Shown here: piece after piece, positions 40,783 to 51,946 of the stretch | How the letters are laid out: each line of letters begins with the position of its first letter | Position numbering within the stretch: the first letter of the stretch is position 1 | NCBI GenBank assembly: GCA_963793425.1 | Contig: CAWCAG010000001.1 | Span: forward strand, 366,231-430,230 | DNA: 64,000 nt | Direction of reading: 5' to 3' | From: an uncultured cyanobacterium | GTDB lineage: Bacteria > Cyanobacteriota > Cyanobacteriia > Cyanobacteriales > CAWCAG01 | Position numbers and translations under genes: made by a program | Notes under the pieces: generated by a model | What the model saw: the letters and a program-made list of their open reading frames with translations, nothing else | What the model was told of the DNA's origin: nothing | Database searches by the model: none

Positions 40783-42855
40783 TTACAATACCTCTTTCCG
40801 TTCCAAATGAACCATAATTTCTTTGCGATCGCGCCACGCTTTTCTTAACTCTCCCCGTAGGTACAAAGGAAGTTGATCTCCTAAGTGAGGTGAATTAGGT
40901 TGAGTGGCATTGCCATAGGTGTTAAGTACCTTCGCTTTCACCTCATCACCAAACTCAATAGCAGCAATGTAGGAGTCGCCCCCAAAGGTACGAAAGCCCT
41001 TTTCTGGCATAGGTACAGTATACAGGACTCGGAAGCTGCCTAAAATCCCCAAAGCCCCCGATGCAGGTAAATTGTATTTATCGTAGGTTAAGCGTACAAC
41101 TTCTCCCCAAGGTACATCTACCGAACCATAAAGAAACTTCATTGTATCGGCAACAATTTCTAAGGTTTGCACAGCTTGTTGCAAGTCTGCTAAACCTTTC
41201 GGAGTGGTTAAAGGGGCGCTTGCTTGCCAGGGTGTAGCGAAGAAGTTGCCCTGTTGTATAGCCACAGCCCACAAACTGAATAATACAGCCCCACGACTAT
41301 CTGCTTGTACCTGCCTATCCCAAGCTGCCAAAACCTCTGCGGCTTCTTGTCCCAATTCGTTACCTAATTCCCTCGCCGCGGGAATTAATTCATCCAGAAG
41401 GCGGTCAGCTAATTCTAAGCGAGAAGAAAACTTGAGGGCGACGAGTTCCTCAAAACTCATGCTAGTATTTTCTTGCAACATCCGAATAGAACGTTGGGTA
41501 CGAAAAATTTCTCCGGCTTGACCTAATGAAGGAGGTGCTAAATAGGCGGGATAATTTTCTGGGTTTAAGAGTTGGGGAAAAGTGGCTAACCAGGGCGGAT
41601 CATTAGTATTTTGTAACCAACCACTAGGAGGATTAACTAAGCGGGGCAAGTCTTCGTAGGGATGGTACTTTGTCCACAGGGTTGCAGCCGTATCTCCAGG
41701 TATTGTCTTGCTCCAGTAACGCCAGTCTCCTTGTTCTCTTTGTGGGACTTGGGCATTAAATAAATAAAAGATTTCTCCGGCTTTGTCAGCGTAGAGGATA
41801 TTAAACAAAGGCAATTGCAAAGATTGAAGTGCTGCTTCAAACTGTTGCAGATTTTGGGCTTTGGCCATCGCCCAAAACTGATCTAAAATGTAGGGGCGAT
41901 CTAAACCGACAACCCTTAAAGCTTGGGCTTTGTTGTTTTGTTGGGCAACAACGGGGCCGTGAAGAGAATTAAGAATGGTTAATTCTTCTGATTCAAAGCT
42001 ACCATCCTCTTGCTTGATTTTAATAGTTTGACTTTCTTTCGTAAAGGGCTGCACTTCCCCATCCCAGACATAACCTCCTTCAGCTAAAGTCAAATCATAA
42101 ACATCTGCCCCATCAAAAGTATTAACCGTTGTTGTCCAACCTAAATGATCATTAAAAGCGATCGCTAAACCCGGCATTCCCACCAAAGCAACTCCATAAG
42201 CATCTAAATCCGCTGCAACCAAATGTGCTTCATACCAAAGATAAAAATCTGACCAAGGTAAGTGGGGATTAGCCAACAACATGGCATTACCGTTATTGGT
42301 GTGGGAAGGTGCGATCGCCCAACCATTGGAACCTAAAGCCGCAACTTCCTGGGGATTGGTAACAAAGTGGAAATTGACAACCCTTTGGATATGGGCCAGA
42401 ATATCAACACTATTAATAGGCAGGACTTGTTTAAATTCTGTTGTGATCGCCTCTGGATATTCTTGGCAATATTCATTAATCCCAGCCGCAAAAGCTTTAA
42501 GGTTGCGTTGCATTTGCGGCGTTTGTTGTTCATACCATTGTTGCGCCCTAGCAGGAATGCCAACAGTCCTCACATAACGGTCTGAATCGAGGTAATCCTC
42601 CCCCCAATATTGCGCCCCTTTCCCCCTGGCTTGCCCATATAAGCGCAGAATCAAATCACCATGGCTAGTAGCTTGGGCGCGACCAAAAGCTTGGAACAAG
42701 CCCTCACTATCCTGGCTATAAATATGGGGTACACCCCAAGTATCCCAGAGAATTTCTGTTTGGTTCATGCTGAGTAGAGGAAGTTTAATTCCCAGGAAAA
42801 TAACGAAAGTAAAGCTCAACACTAGTAAGAAAATTTGAGTCAGTTTACTTTTCAT
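40783..42855 (-). CDS. Penicillin/AHL acylase family (Ntn hydrolase)
   Basis: WDTWGVPHI, GSNGWAI and LLANPHLPW. Confidence 0.9.
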   Translation of the reverse strand: MKSKLTQIFLLVLSFTFVIFLGIKLPLLSMNQTEILWDTWGVPHIYSQDSEGLFQAFGRAQATSHGDLILRLYGQARGKGAQYWGEDYLDSDRYVRTVGIPARAQQWYEQQTPQMQRNLKAFAAGINEYCQEYPEAITTEFKQVLPINSVDILAHIQRVVNFHFVTNPQEVAALGSNGWAIAPSHTNNGNAMLLANPHLPWSDFYLWYEAHLVAADLDAYGVALVGMPGLAIAFNDHLGWTTTVNTFDGADVYDLTLAEGGYVWDGEVQPFTKESQTIKIKQEDGSFESEELTILNSLHGPVVAQQNNKAQALRVVGLDRPYILDQFWAMAKAQNLQQFEAALQSLQLPLFNILYADKAGEIFYLFNAQVPQREQGDWRYWSKTIPGDTAATLWTKYHPYEDLPRLVNPPSGWLQNTNDPPWLATFPQLLNPENYPAYLAPPSLGQAGEIFRTQRSIRMLQENTSMSFEELVALKFSSRLELADRLLDELIPAARELGNELGQEAAEVLAAWDRQVQADSRGAVLFSLWAVAIQQGNFFATPWQASAPLTTPKGLADLQQAVQTLEIVADTMKFLYGSVDVPWGEVVRLTYDKYNLPASGALGILGSFRVLYTVPMPEKGFRTFGGDSYIAAIEFGDEVKAKVLNTYGNATQPNSPHLGDQLPLYLRGELRKAWRDRKEIMVHLERKEVL

Positions 42856-42925
42856 ACCAAATCTGATTATTCTATCTTCTCTGGAAAACTAAACATAATT
42901 ACTAGCGTGACCTAGCTGAAATTGT

Positions 42926-42989
42926 GTATTCGGGCGGGTTTATTTAGTTTAAGGTTAATCTCATAATTTGACTTAAAACCCGCCCCTAC
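42926..42989. repeat. REP/REPIN-like inverted-repeat element (GTAG family)
   Basis: gggcgggttt...aaacccgcccctac. Confidence 0.75.
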
Positions 42990-42998
42990 TAGGCAATT

Positions 42999-44150
42999 TT
43001 ACTCTTCTAGCAAAGAAAGATTCGCACCCTGATAATAATGGCTTAAAATTTGCTCGTATGGAACTCCTTGTTGAGCTAAATTTCTTGCTCCCCATTGGCT
43101 AAGCCCGACACCATGACCAAAACCTCGCCCGGAAACTTGGAAGCCATCCCCAGTAACAGAAATGCTAAATAGGGTGCTGCGTAAATCTAAAACCTTGCGT
43201 AATTGCGCTCCGCTAACTTCTTTTGTGCCGCTGCTACCTACCGCTTTCATGGTGACGATGCGTCCTTGGGGAGTAACTTTAACCGGAGTGATGGAACTGA
43301 TTGTTCCTACCCCACCAACAAGTTGACTCATTTGTCCCCGACTAAAATTCTTTGTCCATTGGTAAACAGGGGCATCATTATCATAATCCACCACTCCCCG
43401 CAGATAAGGTAAAGGATTTGACCAAATATCTTCAACATTCTCCGTATGCCCCCCAGAAGAAGCATGGAAAACAGCTAAAATGGGTTCCCCATTATAAGTG
43501 AGGACTTGGTTTCTCGTCGCATCAACAGCTTGTACAGTGGTGTTAGTCTCGCTATTCAAACCCTTATAAACTTGAGTTGCTGTGGTAGTGTCCAAATCGT
43601 AGAGACTGCTATTAGATTTAGCACTTTTATGAAGGGCATAGGTACGGGCAGACACAGCTTGAGATTTTAAAGCTTCTTGGGGCCAACTGGCATACATTTC
43701 TGCCCCAACCACACTATAAAGATAATCTTCAATATCAACATGGTTGATGACTGTAAGTCCTTTACCGTTGGGTACTAATTGAGTGTCGCCACGATACCAG
43801 CGATCACCAATCCACACAGTACCATCTCCGGTTGGTTCAATCCAAATCTGCCCAGCTTGATATCCTTCTAACTGAACTCCATTACCCCCAGAAACAGCCG
43901 TAACAGAGTTCATTGGGCCAATCTGACCAATTTGCTGTCCAGCCTCATTCTTAATCACAGCAGAGGTGGAACTACCAACATTTAACTGATTAACTCCATC
44001 CTTAATTGCTACTCGCAATTCAAAGGCAGCTTGGGCTGGCCCCACCAAAACAATCCAAATTAAAAATGATAGCCACCAATGACGGCTTCCTAAAAGGAGT
44101 AATTGCTTGAGTAAAGAAGTAAAAGAAACGGAAGAACCTTGGGATGTCAT
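42999..44150 (-). CDS. SpoIID/LytB domain lytic transglycosylase
   Basis: EDYLYSVV..EM..SW..EALK.QAV.ARTY and GFGHGVGLSQWGA. Confidence 0.92.
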   Translation of the reverse strand: MTSQGSSVSFTSLLKQLLLLGSRHWWLSFLIWIVLVGPAQAAFELRVAIKDGVNQLNVGSSTSAVIKNEAGQQIGQIGPMNSVTAVSGGNGVQLEGYQAGQIWIEPTGDGTVWIGDRWYRGDTQLVPNGKGLTVINHVDIEDYLYSVVGAEMYASWPQEALKSQAVSARTYALHKSAKSNSSLYDLDTTTATQVYKGLNSETNTTVQAVDATRNQVLTYNGEPILAVFHASSGGHTENVEDIWSNPLPYLRGVVDYDNDAPVYQWTKNFSRGQMSQLVGGVGTISSITPVKVTPQGRIVTMKAVGSSGTKEVSGAQLRKVLDLRSTLFSISVTGDGFQVSGRGFGHGVGLSQWGARNLAQQGVPYEQILSHYYQGANLSLLEE

Positions 44151-44479
44151 TATCTTGAATATCTCCTTGAGAGGATTTGATGTTTAATTTCGCTTAGTTA
44201 ATGGTTTAATCTGGAAAAAGTTATCTCAATGATACTTTTTTCTTTGTGAAGTGAATATTCCAAATTAATGGTTGATTCGTCATGTATCCTGAGTCAGAGT
44301 TTTCTGACAATTCCTAAATAATGTCAAGAATTTCACCGATGCTAAAAGATGTAGATAGCTTTCAGAAAGATAGTGTTCCCCAACCTCAGAGAAAAGTCAA
44401 GGGTATATTTCAGCCCTTGATTAGCTTTTTAAAGATAATAGAATTAAATTAAAGATTCAATTAAGTTTTTGATAATACT

Positions 44480-45418
44480 GTGGAAATCACCTTCTTGGGA
44501 ACTAGCTCAGGAGTACCGACGCGATCGCGCAATGTTTCTAGCGTAGCAGTGCGCCTTCCCCAAAGAGCAGAAGTTTGGTTATTTGATTGTGGAGAAGGAA
44601 CTCAACATCAGCTACTTAAAAGCGATCTCAAGACATCCCAAATTCGCCGCATTTTTGTCACTCATATGCACGGGGATCATATTTTTGGTTTGATGGGGTT
44701 AATTGCTAGTTGCGGTTTAGCCGGAAATGCTCAACCGATTGATGTTTATGGTCCGGCTGGCTTAAAAGAATATATTTTGGGTTGCTCCAAATACTCTTAT
44801 ACAGACTTTTCTCGGCGGGTTAAGGTTCATCAGGTACAACCCGGAATAGTTTTTGAAGATCAAGAATTTACCATAAGCTGTCTCAAACTCAAGCATAGAG
44901 TTCCCGCCTATGGCTATCGCTTAACAGAAAAAGATAGGCCGGGAAGATTTAACCTCAAAAAAGCTCAGGAATTAGGCATTCCCCCCGGCCCAATTTATGG
45001 TCAACTGAAAAAAGGTCAAACTGTTACTTTAGAAGATGGACGGGAAATTAAAGGAAGCCAGTTGTGCGATCCCCCGGAAACTGGCCGCAAAGTGGTTTAT
45101 TGTACCGACACGGTTTTTTGCGAAGCTGCTATAGAATTAGCCCAAGATGCTGATGTTTTGATCCACGAAGCAACTTTCGCTCACCAAGATGCCCCCTTAG
45201 CTTTTGAAAGAATGCACTCAACCTCGACAATGGCGGCTCAGGTGGCTTTAACTGCGGGAGTACAACAATTACTTATGACCCATTTTAGCCCTCGCTATGC
45301 CCCAGGAAACGCTGTTGATTTAAAAGATCTGCGCCAAGAAGCCCAAGCAATTTTTCCTAAAACCAAATTAGCTTACGATTTCTTTTCCTACGAAGTTCCC
45401 AGAAGAAGGAAGGCATGA
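44480..45418 (+). CDS. rnz: Ribonuclease Z
   Basis: FLGTSSGVPT, DCGEGTQ, THMHGDH, HEAT, HST and THFSPRY. Confidence 0.96.
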   Translation: MEITFLGTSSGVPTRSRNVSSVAVRLPQRAEVWLFDCGEGTQHQLLKSDLKTSQIRRIFVTHMHGDHIFGLMGLIASCGLAGNAQPIDVYGPAGLKEYILGCSKYSYTDFSRRVKVHQVQPGIVFEDQEFTISCLKLKHRVPAYGYRLTEKDRPGRFNLKKAQELGIPPGPIYGQLKKGQTVTLEDGREIKGSQLCDPPETGRKVVYCTDTVFCEAAIELAQDADVLIHEATFAHQDAPLAFERMHSTSTMAAQVALTAGVQQLLMTHFSPRYAPGNAVDLKDLRQEAQAIFPKTKLAYDFFSYEVPRRRKA

Positions 45419-45435
45419 GAATCATACCATTTACC

Positions 45436-46251
45436 CTAAAGATTTTTGAGATCCTTGGCTACTTCTTTGAGGGAATCCATTTTGCGGTAGCGTGCTTCCA
45501 CTAACATATGAACGCTATAGGAAAACAAACCACAAGCTACCAAAACTAACATAACCTGACCAAAGGGTTGTTGAGCAAGAACCCTCAGCGCCCCATCTAA
45601 ACCACGAGCTTCTTGGGGGTCAAAACGCCAAGCAGCGCGTATTAAGAAAAAACCGACTAAGCTAAATACTACACCCCTAGCGGCCATACCGAATTTTCCT
45701 ATAGTCAGAAATATTTTAGCTAAAGTATTTTCTACTTCTTGGAAATCATGGCGATTTTTACTTCCTAGGTTAAAGGAATACTGAAAATAGGAACACCCTA
45801 CACCAATAACAGCGAATCCAGCTAAACCAACTAGCCATCTACCATAGGGAAGTGCCAACAACTTCGCTGTCCAGTCTGACATTGAAGCGGTATCTTCATT
45901 AAAGTCGAGAATAATTTTAGCAGCAGAGAAAGATAAGCCTAAATAGCTTAAACCGCTTAAACCATAACCTAAACGTACTAAAATGCGTTGGAAGCTTTTT
46001 TGAGAGCCATCAGGATCAGCGATCGCCTGGACAAAACGCCAAAAAGCGTAACTGATTAAACCCATAGTAATAATGCTTAAAAGCAGTCTACCAAATGGTT
46101 GGACGGAAATCACCTGAAGCGCCCCTAATGTATCTGTTTCAATTTCCAAATCATTGCTAGCTAAAATAAGCTGCAACACCAAGACACTGAGCATTAAATA
46201 GACAACACCTTTCGTTAAATAACCGAATTGAGCAAGCTTTTTAATCCACAA
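45436..46251 (-). CDS. DUF1206 family membrane protein
   Basis: Repeated G...KGVVY / QPFG..LL / GLDGAL units. Confidence 0.8.
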   Translation of the reverse strand: MWIKKLAQFGYLTKGVVYLMLSVLVLQLILASNDLEIETDTLGALQVISVQPFGRLLLSIITMGLISYAFWRFVQAIADPDGSQKSFQRILVRLGYGLSGLSYLGLSFSAAKIILDFNEDTASMSDWTAKLLALPYGRWLVGLAGFAVIGVGCSYFQYSFNLGSKNRHDFQEVENTLAKIFLTIGKFGMAARGVVFSLVGFFLIRAAWRFDPQEARGLDGALRVLAQQPFGQVMLVLVACGLFSYSVHMLVEARYRKMDSLKEVAKDLKNL

Positions 46252-46319
46252 TGTTAAGACAATCTCCTTAAGCTGAAAGATAGCACTTTTTTTTCAAGAA
46301 CAAGGAACATCCTAAACTT

Positions 46320-47564
46320 GTGAACACTTATATTCTTAATCTTCTGGTAATTGGCTTACTCTTACTAGTTGTTACTCTCGGTTCAGACTGGATTTCTTCC
46401 CGTTTGCCCCTTTCTTTTGCTCTTATCTATCTTGTCGTTGGCATCGGCTTAGGCCCTTATGGGTTTGGGTTAATCGAATTACGACCTGATACAGAGTTTA
46501 TTGAGAGATTAGCAGAATTTGTGGTTATTATCTCAGTTTTTGGCTGCGGACTGAAAATGAATCGCCCTCTTAAATTTCAGGATTGGCAAACCACCGCCAG
46601 ATTAATCGGTTTTTTATTGCCCCTTTCGATATTAGCGGTCGCTGCTTCTGGTCATTGGTTACTTGGTTTAGGCTGGGGAAGCGCTATTCTTTTAGGGGCA
46701 ATTTTAGCTCCTACAGACCCTGTATTGGCTTCAGAGGTACAATTAGGGGAAGTTAAAGATAAAGATGAGTTACGCTTCGGTTTAACCTCAGAAGGGGGCT
46801 TCAATGATTCTTTGGCTTTTCCCTTTGTTTATTTCGGCCTGTACGCCATTAAAGATAATAACTGGGAAAATTGGTTGCGACAATGGCTAATTATCGATTT
46901 AATTTGGGCAATTATAGCAGCTTTAGTTATGGGTATTGTGGTTGCCAAAAGCGTGATCTGGATTGATGAGAGATTTCAACGCTTTCATCCTATTAATGAG
47001 ATGATGGAAGATTTTATCGCTTTGAGTACAGTTTTACTCACCTATTCCCTAACCGAGTTAGTGAATGGTTACGGATTTTTAGCTGTCTTTGTGGCAGGAT
47101 TTGTAGTCCAAAGAAAATACTATGCTAACCAAAAAAAGCGCCTTGCTCAGTTAGAGTTTATTGAACAAATCGAGAAGCTTCTAGAAGTTGCGACAATTTT
47201 ACTTCTTGGTTCTTTATTACTTGTGGAACCGATACTTAAATACGGTACTCAAGGTTTATTAGTGGCAGGCTTATTAATTTTCTTGATTCGCCCTATAGGA
47301 GTATTACTAAGCTTTCTTGGTTCAAATTTGCCGACAAAAACTCATCTATTGTTCGGCTGGTTTGGTATTCGTGGAATTGGTTCTCTATATTATCTTACTT
47401 ATGCTATGGGGCAAGGTTTAGAAGGAGAAGTAGCTGAACAATTAGCTTGGATTACTTATATTGTGGTGGTTAGTTCAGTGATTCTACACGGTATTAGTGC
47501 TACGCCGTTGATGAGTTGGTATGAGAAGAAGGGAGTGGGGGGAGATGGGGAGATGGGGAGCTAG
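46320..47564 (+). CDS. Cation:proton antiporter (CPA1/NhaP type)
   Basis: LAPTDPVLA, SEGGFND, GWFGIRGIGS; about 12 TM segments. Confidence 0.9.
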   Translation: MNTYILNLLVIGLLLLVVTLGSDWISSRLPLSFALIYLVVGIGLGPYGFGLIELRPDTEFIERLAEFVVIISVFGCGLKMNRPLKFQDWQTTARLIGFLLPLSILAVAASGHWLLGLGWGSAILLGAILAPTDPVLASEVQLGEVKDKDELRFGLTSEGGFNDSLAFPFVYFGLYAIKDNNWENWLRQWLIIDLIWAIIAALVMGIVVAKSVIWIDERFQRFHPINEMMEDFIALSTVLLTYSLTELVNGYGFLAVFVAGFVVQRKYYANQKKRLAQLEFIEQIEKLLEVATILLLGSLLLVEPILKYGTQGLLVAGLLIFLIRPIGVLLSFLGSNLPTKTHLLFGWFGIRGIGSLYYLTYAMGQGLEGEVAEQLAWITYIVVVSSVILHGISATPLMSWYEKKGVGGDGEMGS

Positions 47565-47576
47565 GGAGCTAGGGAG
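47536..47576. repeat. GGGAG(A/C)T(G/A) octamer tandem repeat
   Basis: gggagatggggagatggggagctagggagctaggg; same family near 18470, 19305, 33300 and 55323. Confidence 0.8.
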
Positions 47577-47587
47577 GATGTCAACTC

Positions 47588-48697
47588 CTATCGCTCTAGG
47601 TTGCGAGGATCTAAAGCATCTCGCAAGCCATCTCCTAATAAGTTAAAGGCTAACACTGTGGTAATAATCAAAACTGCTGGGGGCCAAATTAACCAAGGTT
47701 GTAAGACCAAAATTGAGGCATTGGTTGATAAAGAAAGCATATTACCCCAACTAGGATCTGGTTGCTGAATACCTAAGCCGATTAAGCTTAAAACCGACTC
47801 AGCAATGATAAATCCTGGTATAGCTAATGTCGAAGCAGTAATAATATAAGTAGCAGTTTGGGGCAAGACATGACGCATAATAATATAAAAAGGGTTTGCT
47901 CCAATCACCTTCGCCGCATCCACAAACTCCCGCTCTTTTATAGATAAAACCTGTCCCCTGATTACCCTTGCCAACCCTGCCCAGCTAATAAAGGAAGTAA
48001 TTAAAATAATTAGTAGAAAGCGTTGGGCGCTAGTTAAGCCAGGAGGTAATACCGCTGCTAAAGCTATCAGAAGATAAATGCTAGGAATGGTCATCAGCAC
48101 CTCCACTAGGCGCATAAGAAAGGCATCTACCCAACCACCAAAATAGCCAGAAATTCCCCCAATGAGAATACCCAAAGGGAAGTAGATGATAATCCCTATT
48201 AAACCAATACTCAAGCTGATTCTGCCACCAAAAAGCAAGCGACTAAATTGATCTCGCCCTTGTTCATCAGTACCAAGAATATTTATTTTACCTTCTCCAA
48301 CAGTCCCAAAGAGGTGAATATTGCCAGGAATGCCTGGGAATATTGTCACTTCGTTGAATACGGGGGGCAAGGTGAGCTTTAAGAAGCGATAAGACCAACC
48401 TTTGGTAAATAATCGAATTGGAGAAGGCTGATTCCTGTTAACTTCTAACTTGCGATCGCCTGTTTCTAAGCTAGTGGGGCCTTGAGTAATCGGATAAACA
48501 TGAGGCCCAATAAATTTTCCTTCTTGGTTGCGCCAATAAATTTCTGTTGGTGGCAGCAAAGAGCCATCTTTTTGGGAAGCATAGGGGTCGTAAGGAACAA
48601 CAAAATCAGCAGCAATCACAACTAAGTAAAAAACTAGCAGTAATAATGCTCCTAAACGTGCTAAAGGATTATTTTTTAGTTTCCGCCACCAATTCAT
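47588..48697 (-). CDS. Peptide/nickel ABC transporter permease (OppC/DppC)
   Basis: LGTDEQGRD.FSRL, W...ARVIRG, PSWG and FNLLGDGLRDALDP. Confidence 0.93.
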   Translation of the reverse strand: MNWWRKLKNNPLARLGALLLLVFYLVVIAADFVVPYDPYASQKDGSLLPPTEIYWRNQEGKFIGPHVYPITQGPTSLETGDRKLEVNRNQPSPIRLFTKGWSYRFLKLTLPPVFNEVTIFPGIPGNIHLFGTVGEGKINILGTDEQGRDQFSRLLFGGRISLSIGLIGIIIYFPLGILIGGISGYFGGWVDAFLMRLVEVLMTIPSIYLLIALAAVLPPGLTSAQRFLLIILITSFISWAGLARVIRGQVLSIKEREFVDAAKVIGANPFYIIMRHVLPQTATYIITASTLAIPGFIIAESVLSLIGLGIQQPDPSWGNMLSLSTNASILVLQPWLIWPPAVLIITTVLAFNLLGDGLRDALDPRNLER

Positions 48698-48743
48698 ATT
48701 CAGTTGTTACTTCTTAGTTATTAGTTGTTCCCCAAACCTCTTT

Positions 48744-49619
48744 TTAAGCATAGGCCCTTTCTGCCCTTCTCCTTTGTTCTTCCTGACTCTTTTCATGTTC
48801 AACAACAAAGACATTGGAGTAAAGATTTGCTGTAATCTGTTTGCCTTGTTGGGTTAAAGACAAATAGTTTAAGGCATCTTGAATATAAGGATAAACGGCA
48901 TTCCAATAAAAAGAGGGATACCCTTGACGTAAATCATCAGGATGCTTGTATCCTAGAGCTTTGTTGGCTCCTGTTTCTTCAAACTCGTAGAATAAAGCAC
49001 TAATTTTTTTGAGGTAACGTGGATCGCTAAGTTGACCAATTAAATCAGCAGCGCGAATCAAACCCGCATAATGAACTGTATCCCGATGATCGTCTTTATC
49101 AGGAACAGGGAAACGGGTTAATTCAATGCTACGCTTAATAAACTCAGAATCAATCAGTTTGTGGCCACCAAAACGCTCGTCGATAAATAGTTTACCCCGA
49201 TCAACATGATAAGGAGTTAGACTAGCATCGGAAGCACCAGGGGGTAAATGAATCATTTCTCCATCTCTCCCTGTGGCATAGAGCCTTTCTAGTTCGCGAT
49301 CTTGGCGGCAGACACCTTTGACATAACCAATATCGTGGCAAGCTAGGGAAATAATAAAGTGAAGCCAATCTTCTACTGTTACTCCCCCTTCTCGGATATG
49401 TTTACCCCGTAAGACTTCTTGCCCCACGAGAGTAACTAAAATGGAGTGTTCCACATTATGATAGAGAGCATCGCTATTGGCAATGTTTTCCATTGCCATA
49501 CTGCCCGCCCAAGCAATAATATCTTCGTAGTCATTGTGTAGCGCCCCGTAAGTGCGGTGATAGCCCTTGCGGAGTTTAGCAACAAATTCGTCTATAAGTA
49601 TTTCGGTGGCGTTAAACAT
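48744..49619 (-). CDS. HD-domain metal-dependent phosphohydrolase (cyanobacterial Npun_R2479-like)
   Basis: YHNVEH, CHDIG, YHVDRG and ADLIGQL. Confidence 0.85.
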   Translation of the reverse strand: MFNATEILIDEFVAKLRKGYHRTYGALHNDYEDIIAWAGSMAMENIANSDALYHNVEHSILVTLVGQEVLRGKHIREGGVTVEDWLHFIISLACHDIGYVKGVCRQDRELERLYATGRDGEMIHLPPGASDASLTPYHVDRGKLFIDERFGGHKLIDSEFIKRSIELTRFPVPDKDDHRDTVHYAGLIRAADLIGQLSDPRYLKKISALFYEFEETGANKALGYKHPDDLRQGYPSFYWNAVYPYIQDALNYLSLTQQGKQITANLYSNVFVVEHEKSQEEQRRRAERAYA

Positions 49620-50010
49620 CCTTGGTACTCACTTGTACTGATAGTCGTAAAATGGGATTTCTCTAATTTCGACTGGAAAGCTTGGTAGCTTTTGGGGCTA
49701 ATCGATATGCTAAAACACTAAGGGTTGATTTTAGTACAGTGCTAAAATTAAATTGTTTAAATCATAGGATGCAACAGATCGGGAATTTTCGCTCTGAAAA
49801 GTATCACCCTCAAGTTGTGTTTCATATCACTTTGCGAAGAAAAAAAGCTTCGATGCTATAGCTATCGTGCTTATTATTTGGTTATGATATCTACCTAACT
49901 ATAGGCAGAGGACATTTTTCTCTATTTATATTCTATCGTTCCTTCACAAAAGTTAAGAATCTTTTCCGGTTCGGATAGCCCTAAAGTCACCACCCTATTT
50001 TCTTGATTCA

Positions 50011-50442
50011 ATGCTTAGCTTTGGTAACTCTCAGCCCAACAGGGTAGCCAGCAAATGGCAACGCCAGTTAGATCAGTTCGTTCGAGATCATCGCCAAGAA
50101 TTGGCTGCTTTGGTTTGGGGAATGTCTCAACAACCCGAAGGTGAGAATAAAACTGTTGGTATTGATTGTCAACAAGTTCCTCGCTTTGTCTATTGTCCCA
50201 GAGATGCGGTTGAAAAACTCAATTTTAATGTCAATGAACATCTCCAGGAGATTTTGGGTGTGATCGATGGTCATAATTCTGCTGAAGAAGTACTGATGAT
50301 TGGTATTGGCGATGGCGAAATTAAGTTAATCAATTTTAAGCCAGAGCCTTCTCCCCCAGAATGCTTTGAGGAAGTGGGAGAAAAGATAGGAATCTTGTTA
50401 GATAAGCTAGAACAAAGTTTAGGGGAATGCTTACAGGATTGA
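50011..50442 (+). CDS. ccmS: Beta-carboxysome assembly factor CcmS
   Basis: KW.RQLD.FV....QELAAL.WG...GID....P.FVYCP; EVLMIGIG.G.IKLI.F.PEP.PP.CF. Confidence 0.75.
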   Translation: MLSFGNSQPNRVASKWQRQLDQFVRDHRQELAALVWGMSQQPEGENKTVGIDCQQVPRFVYCPRDAVEKLNFNVNEHLQEILGVIDGHNSAEEVLMIGIGDGEIKLINFKPEPSPPECFEEVGEKIGILLDKLEQSLGECLQD

Positions 50443-50500
50443 GCTTTGGGTAGATTTATATCTCTATAATACCCATTACCCACTTCAGGAGTAATCACAG

Positions 50501-51277
50501 ATGGTACAATTTGAACCGCTTTCGCGCCTACCGACTAGTGAAGAGTTGCCTAGCTCTGATGATACCCCTGTGGATAATGAACTACAAAACCTCGTTCCCA
50601 ACTTACTTCTAACTATTCTGGCTTTTGTTTGGCAAGAACGCCAAGATTGGTTTTTTGGGGTAGATATGGGTGTTTACTACCTTTGGGAAAATCAACGTCA
50701 ACCAGTTTTAGTACCTGATGGTTTTTTAAGTATTGGGGTAGCCAGACGCAAAGGAGAAAGAGGGAGGTTTAGTTATGTATTATGGGAAGAAAATCTGATT
50801 CCTCCTATCCTGGCTATTGAAGTAGTTTCTAAAAAATACAACGATGAGTATGAACAGAAAAAAGAAAAATACAGGAAGTTGGGAGTACTTTACTACTTAA
50901 TTTACAACCCTAGCCCTTGGCAAAGAGAACAACATCAGCCTTTGGAATTGTATCGTTTAGAAGAGGGAGAATATGTCTTACAAACAGGCAACGAACCTTA
51001 TTGGTTACCGGAAATAGGATTAGGTATAGGTAGAGATAGAGGAAGTTATACAGTGTGGACGAGGGAATGGTTGTACTGGTATGATGAGCAAGGCAATCGT
51101 TATCTTCTTCCTGAAGAACAAGAACAGCAACGGGCCCAAAAAGCGCTTCAACAAGCACGACAGGAACGTCAACAGGCAGTAGTCCGACTTTTTTCCTTGG
51201 GAGTTAGTAAAGAAAAGATTGCCAAGGCTTATAACCTTTCTATTCAAGAAGTTCAAGTTATTCTTGAGCAACTTTAG
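50501..51277 (+). CDS. Uma2 family endonuclease (DUF820)
   Basis: LPSSDDTPVDNELQ, VPDGFLS, IEVVS and LGVLYY. Confidence 0.9.
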   Translation: MVQFEPLSRLPTSEELPSSDDTPVDNELQNLVPNLLLTILAFVWQERQDWFFGVDMGVYYLWENQRQPVLVPDGFLSIGVARRKGERGRFSYVLWEENLIPPILAIEVVSKKYNDEYEQKKEKYRKLGVLYYLIYNPSPWQREQHQPLELYRLEEGEYVLQTGNEPYWLPEIGLGIGRDRGSYTVWTREWLYWYDEQGNRYLLPEEQEQQRAQKALQQARQERQQAVVRLFSLGVSKEKIAKAYNLSIQEVQVILEQL

Positions 51278-51319
51278 TTGTTCCTTCTTCACAATTAAGC
51301 TTAAACAACCAAAATTTAG

Positions 51320-51889
51320 ATGAAAATCGCCGAAATAATCTCGATATTGCAAGAAGTTTTTCCTAGTAAAACCTTACAACATGAAAGCGAAGATTCTTGG
51401 CAGGTTGATCCTGAAAACTTGAGATTACTTATCTTGTTGACAGAAGATGGCTCTGAGTTACGTTTATTAGTACCTATTGCACCCCAACCAGAAGCTCAAC
51501 CCTACTTAGAACAGCTTTTAGCTAGCAATTTTGAGCAAACTAAGCAAGCTCGCTATGCTTTAGAAAGAGGAGTATTATGGGGGGTATATAACCATAACTT
51601 AGATAGTTTAACTAAAGAAGATTTCCAAGAGGCGATCGCGACTATCGTTGAGTTGAAAAATCAAGGCTTAAGTGAAGTGTTTAATCACATGATTGAACAG
51701 CGTCTCAAGCAAATTATTCAAGCAGCTAAGTTGCAAGGACAATCTTTAGAAGCTACCCTACAAACTATAGAGCGCTTTTATCAAGAAGGAATGCTGGGCG
51801 GTTTAGACCAAAGTTCTGAGGAAAGAGAGCGGTTTATCACCGCTTGGCAACAACAGTTAAAACGTTTGTGGCCAGAAGTTGAACCTTAA
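51320..51889 (+). CDS. Conserved hypothetical protein (YbjN/T3S-chaperone-like fold possible)
   Basis: LL.SNF.....ARYAL...VLW; acidic helical C-terminus. Confidence 0.6.
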   Translation: MKIAEIISILQEVFPSKTLQHESEDSWQVDPENLRLLILLTEDGSELRLLVPIAPQPEAQPYLEQLLASNFEQTKQARYALERGVLWGVYNHNLDSLTKEDFQEAIATIVELKNQGLSEVFNHMIEQRLKQIIQAAKLQGQSLEATLQTIERFYQEGMLGGLDQSSEERERFITAWQQQLKRLWPEVEP

Positions 51890-51946
51890 AAAAATTGTTT
51901 GTTGAGCTTTTCAGTGATTATTTTCCCTATTTATAAGAGCTAAGTA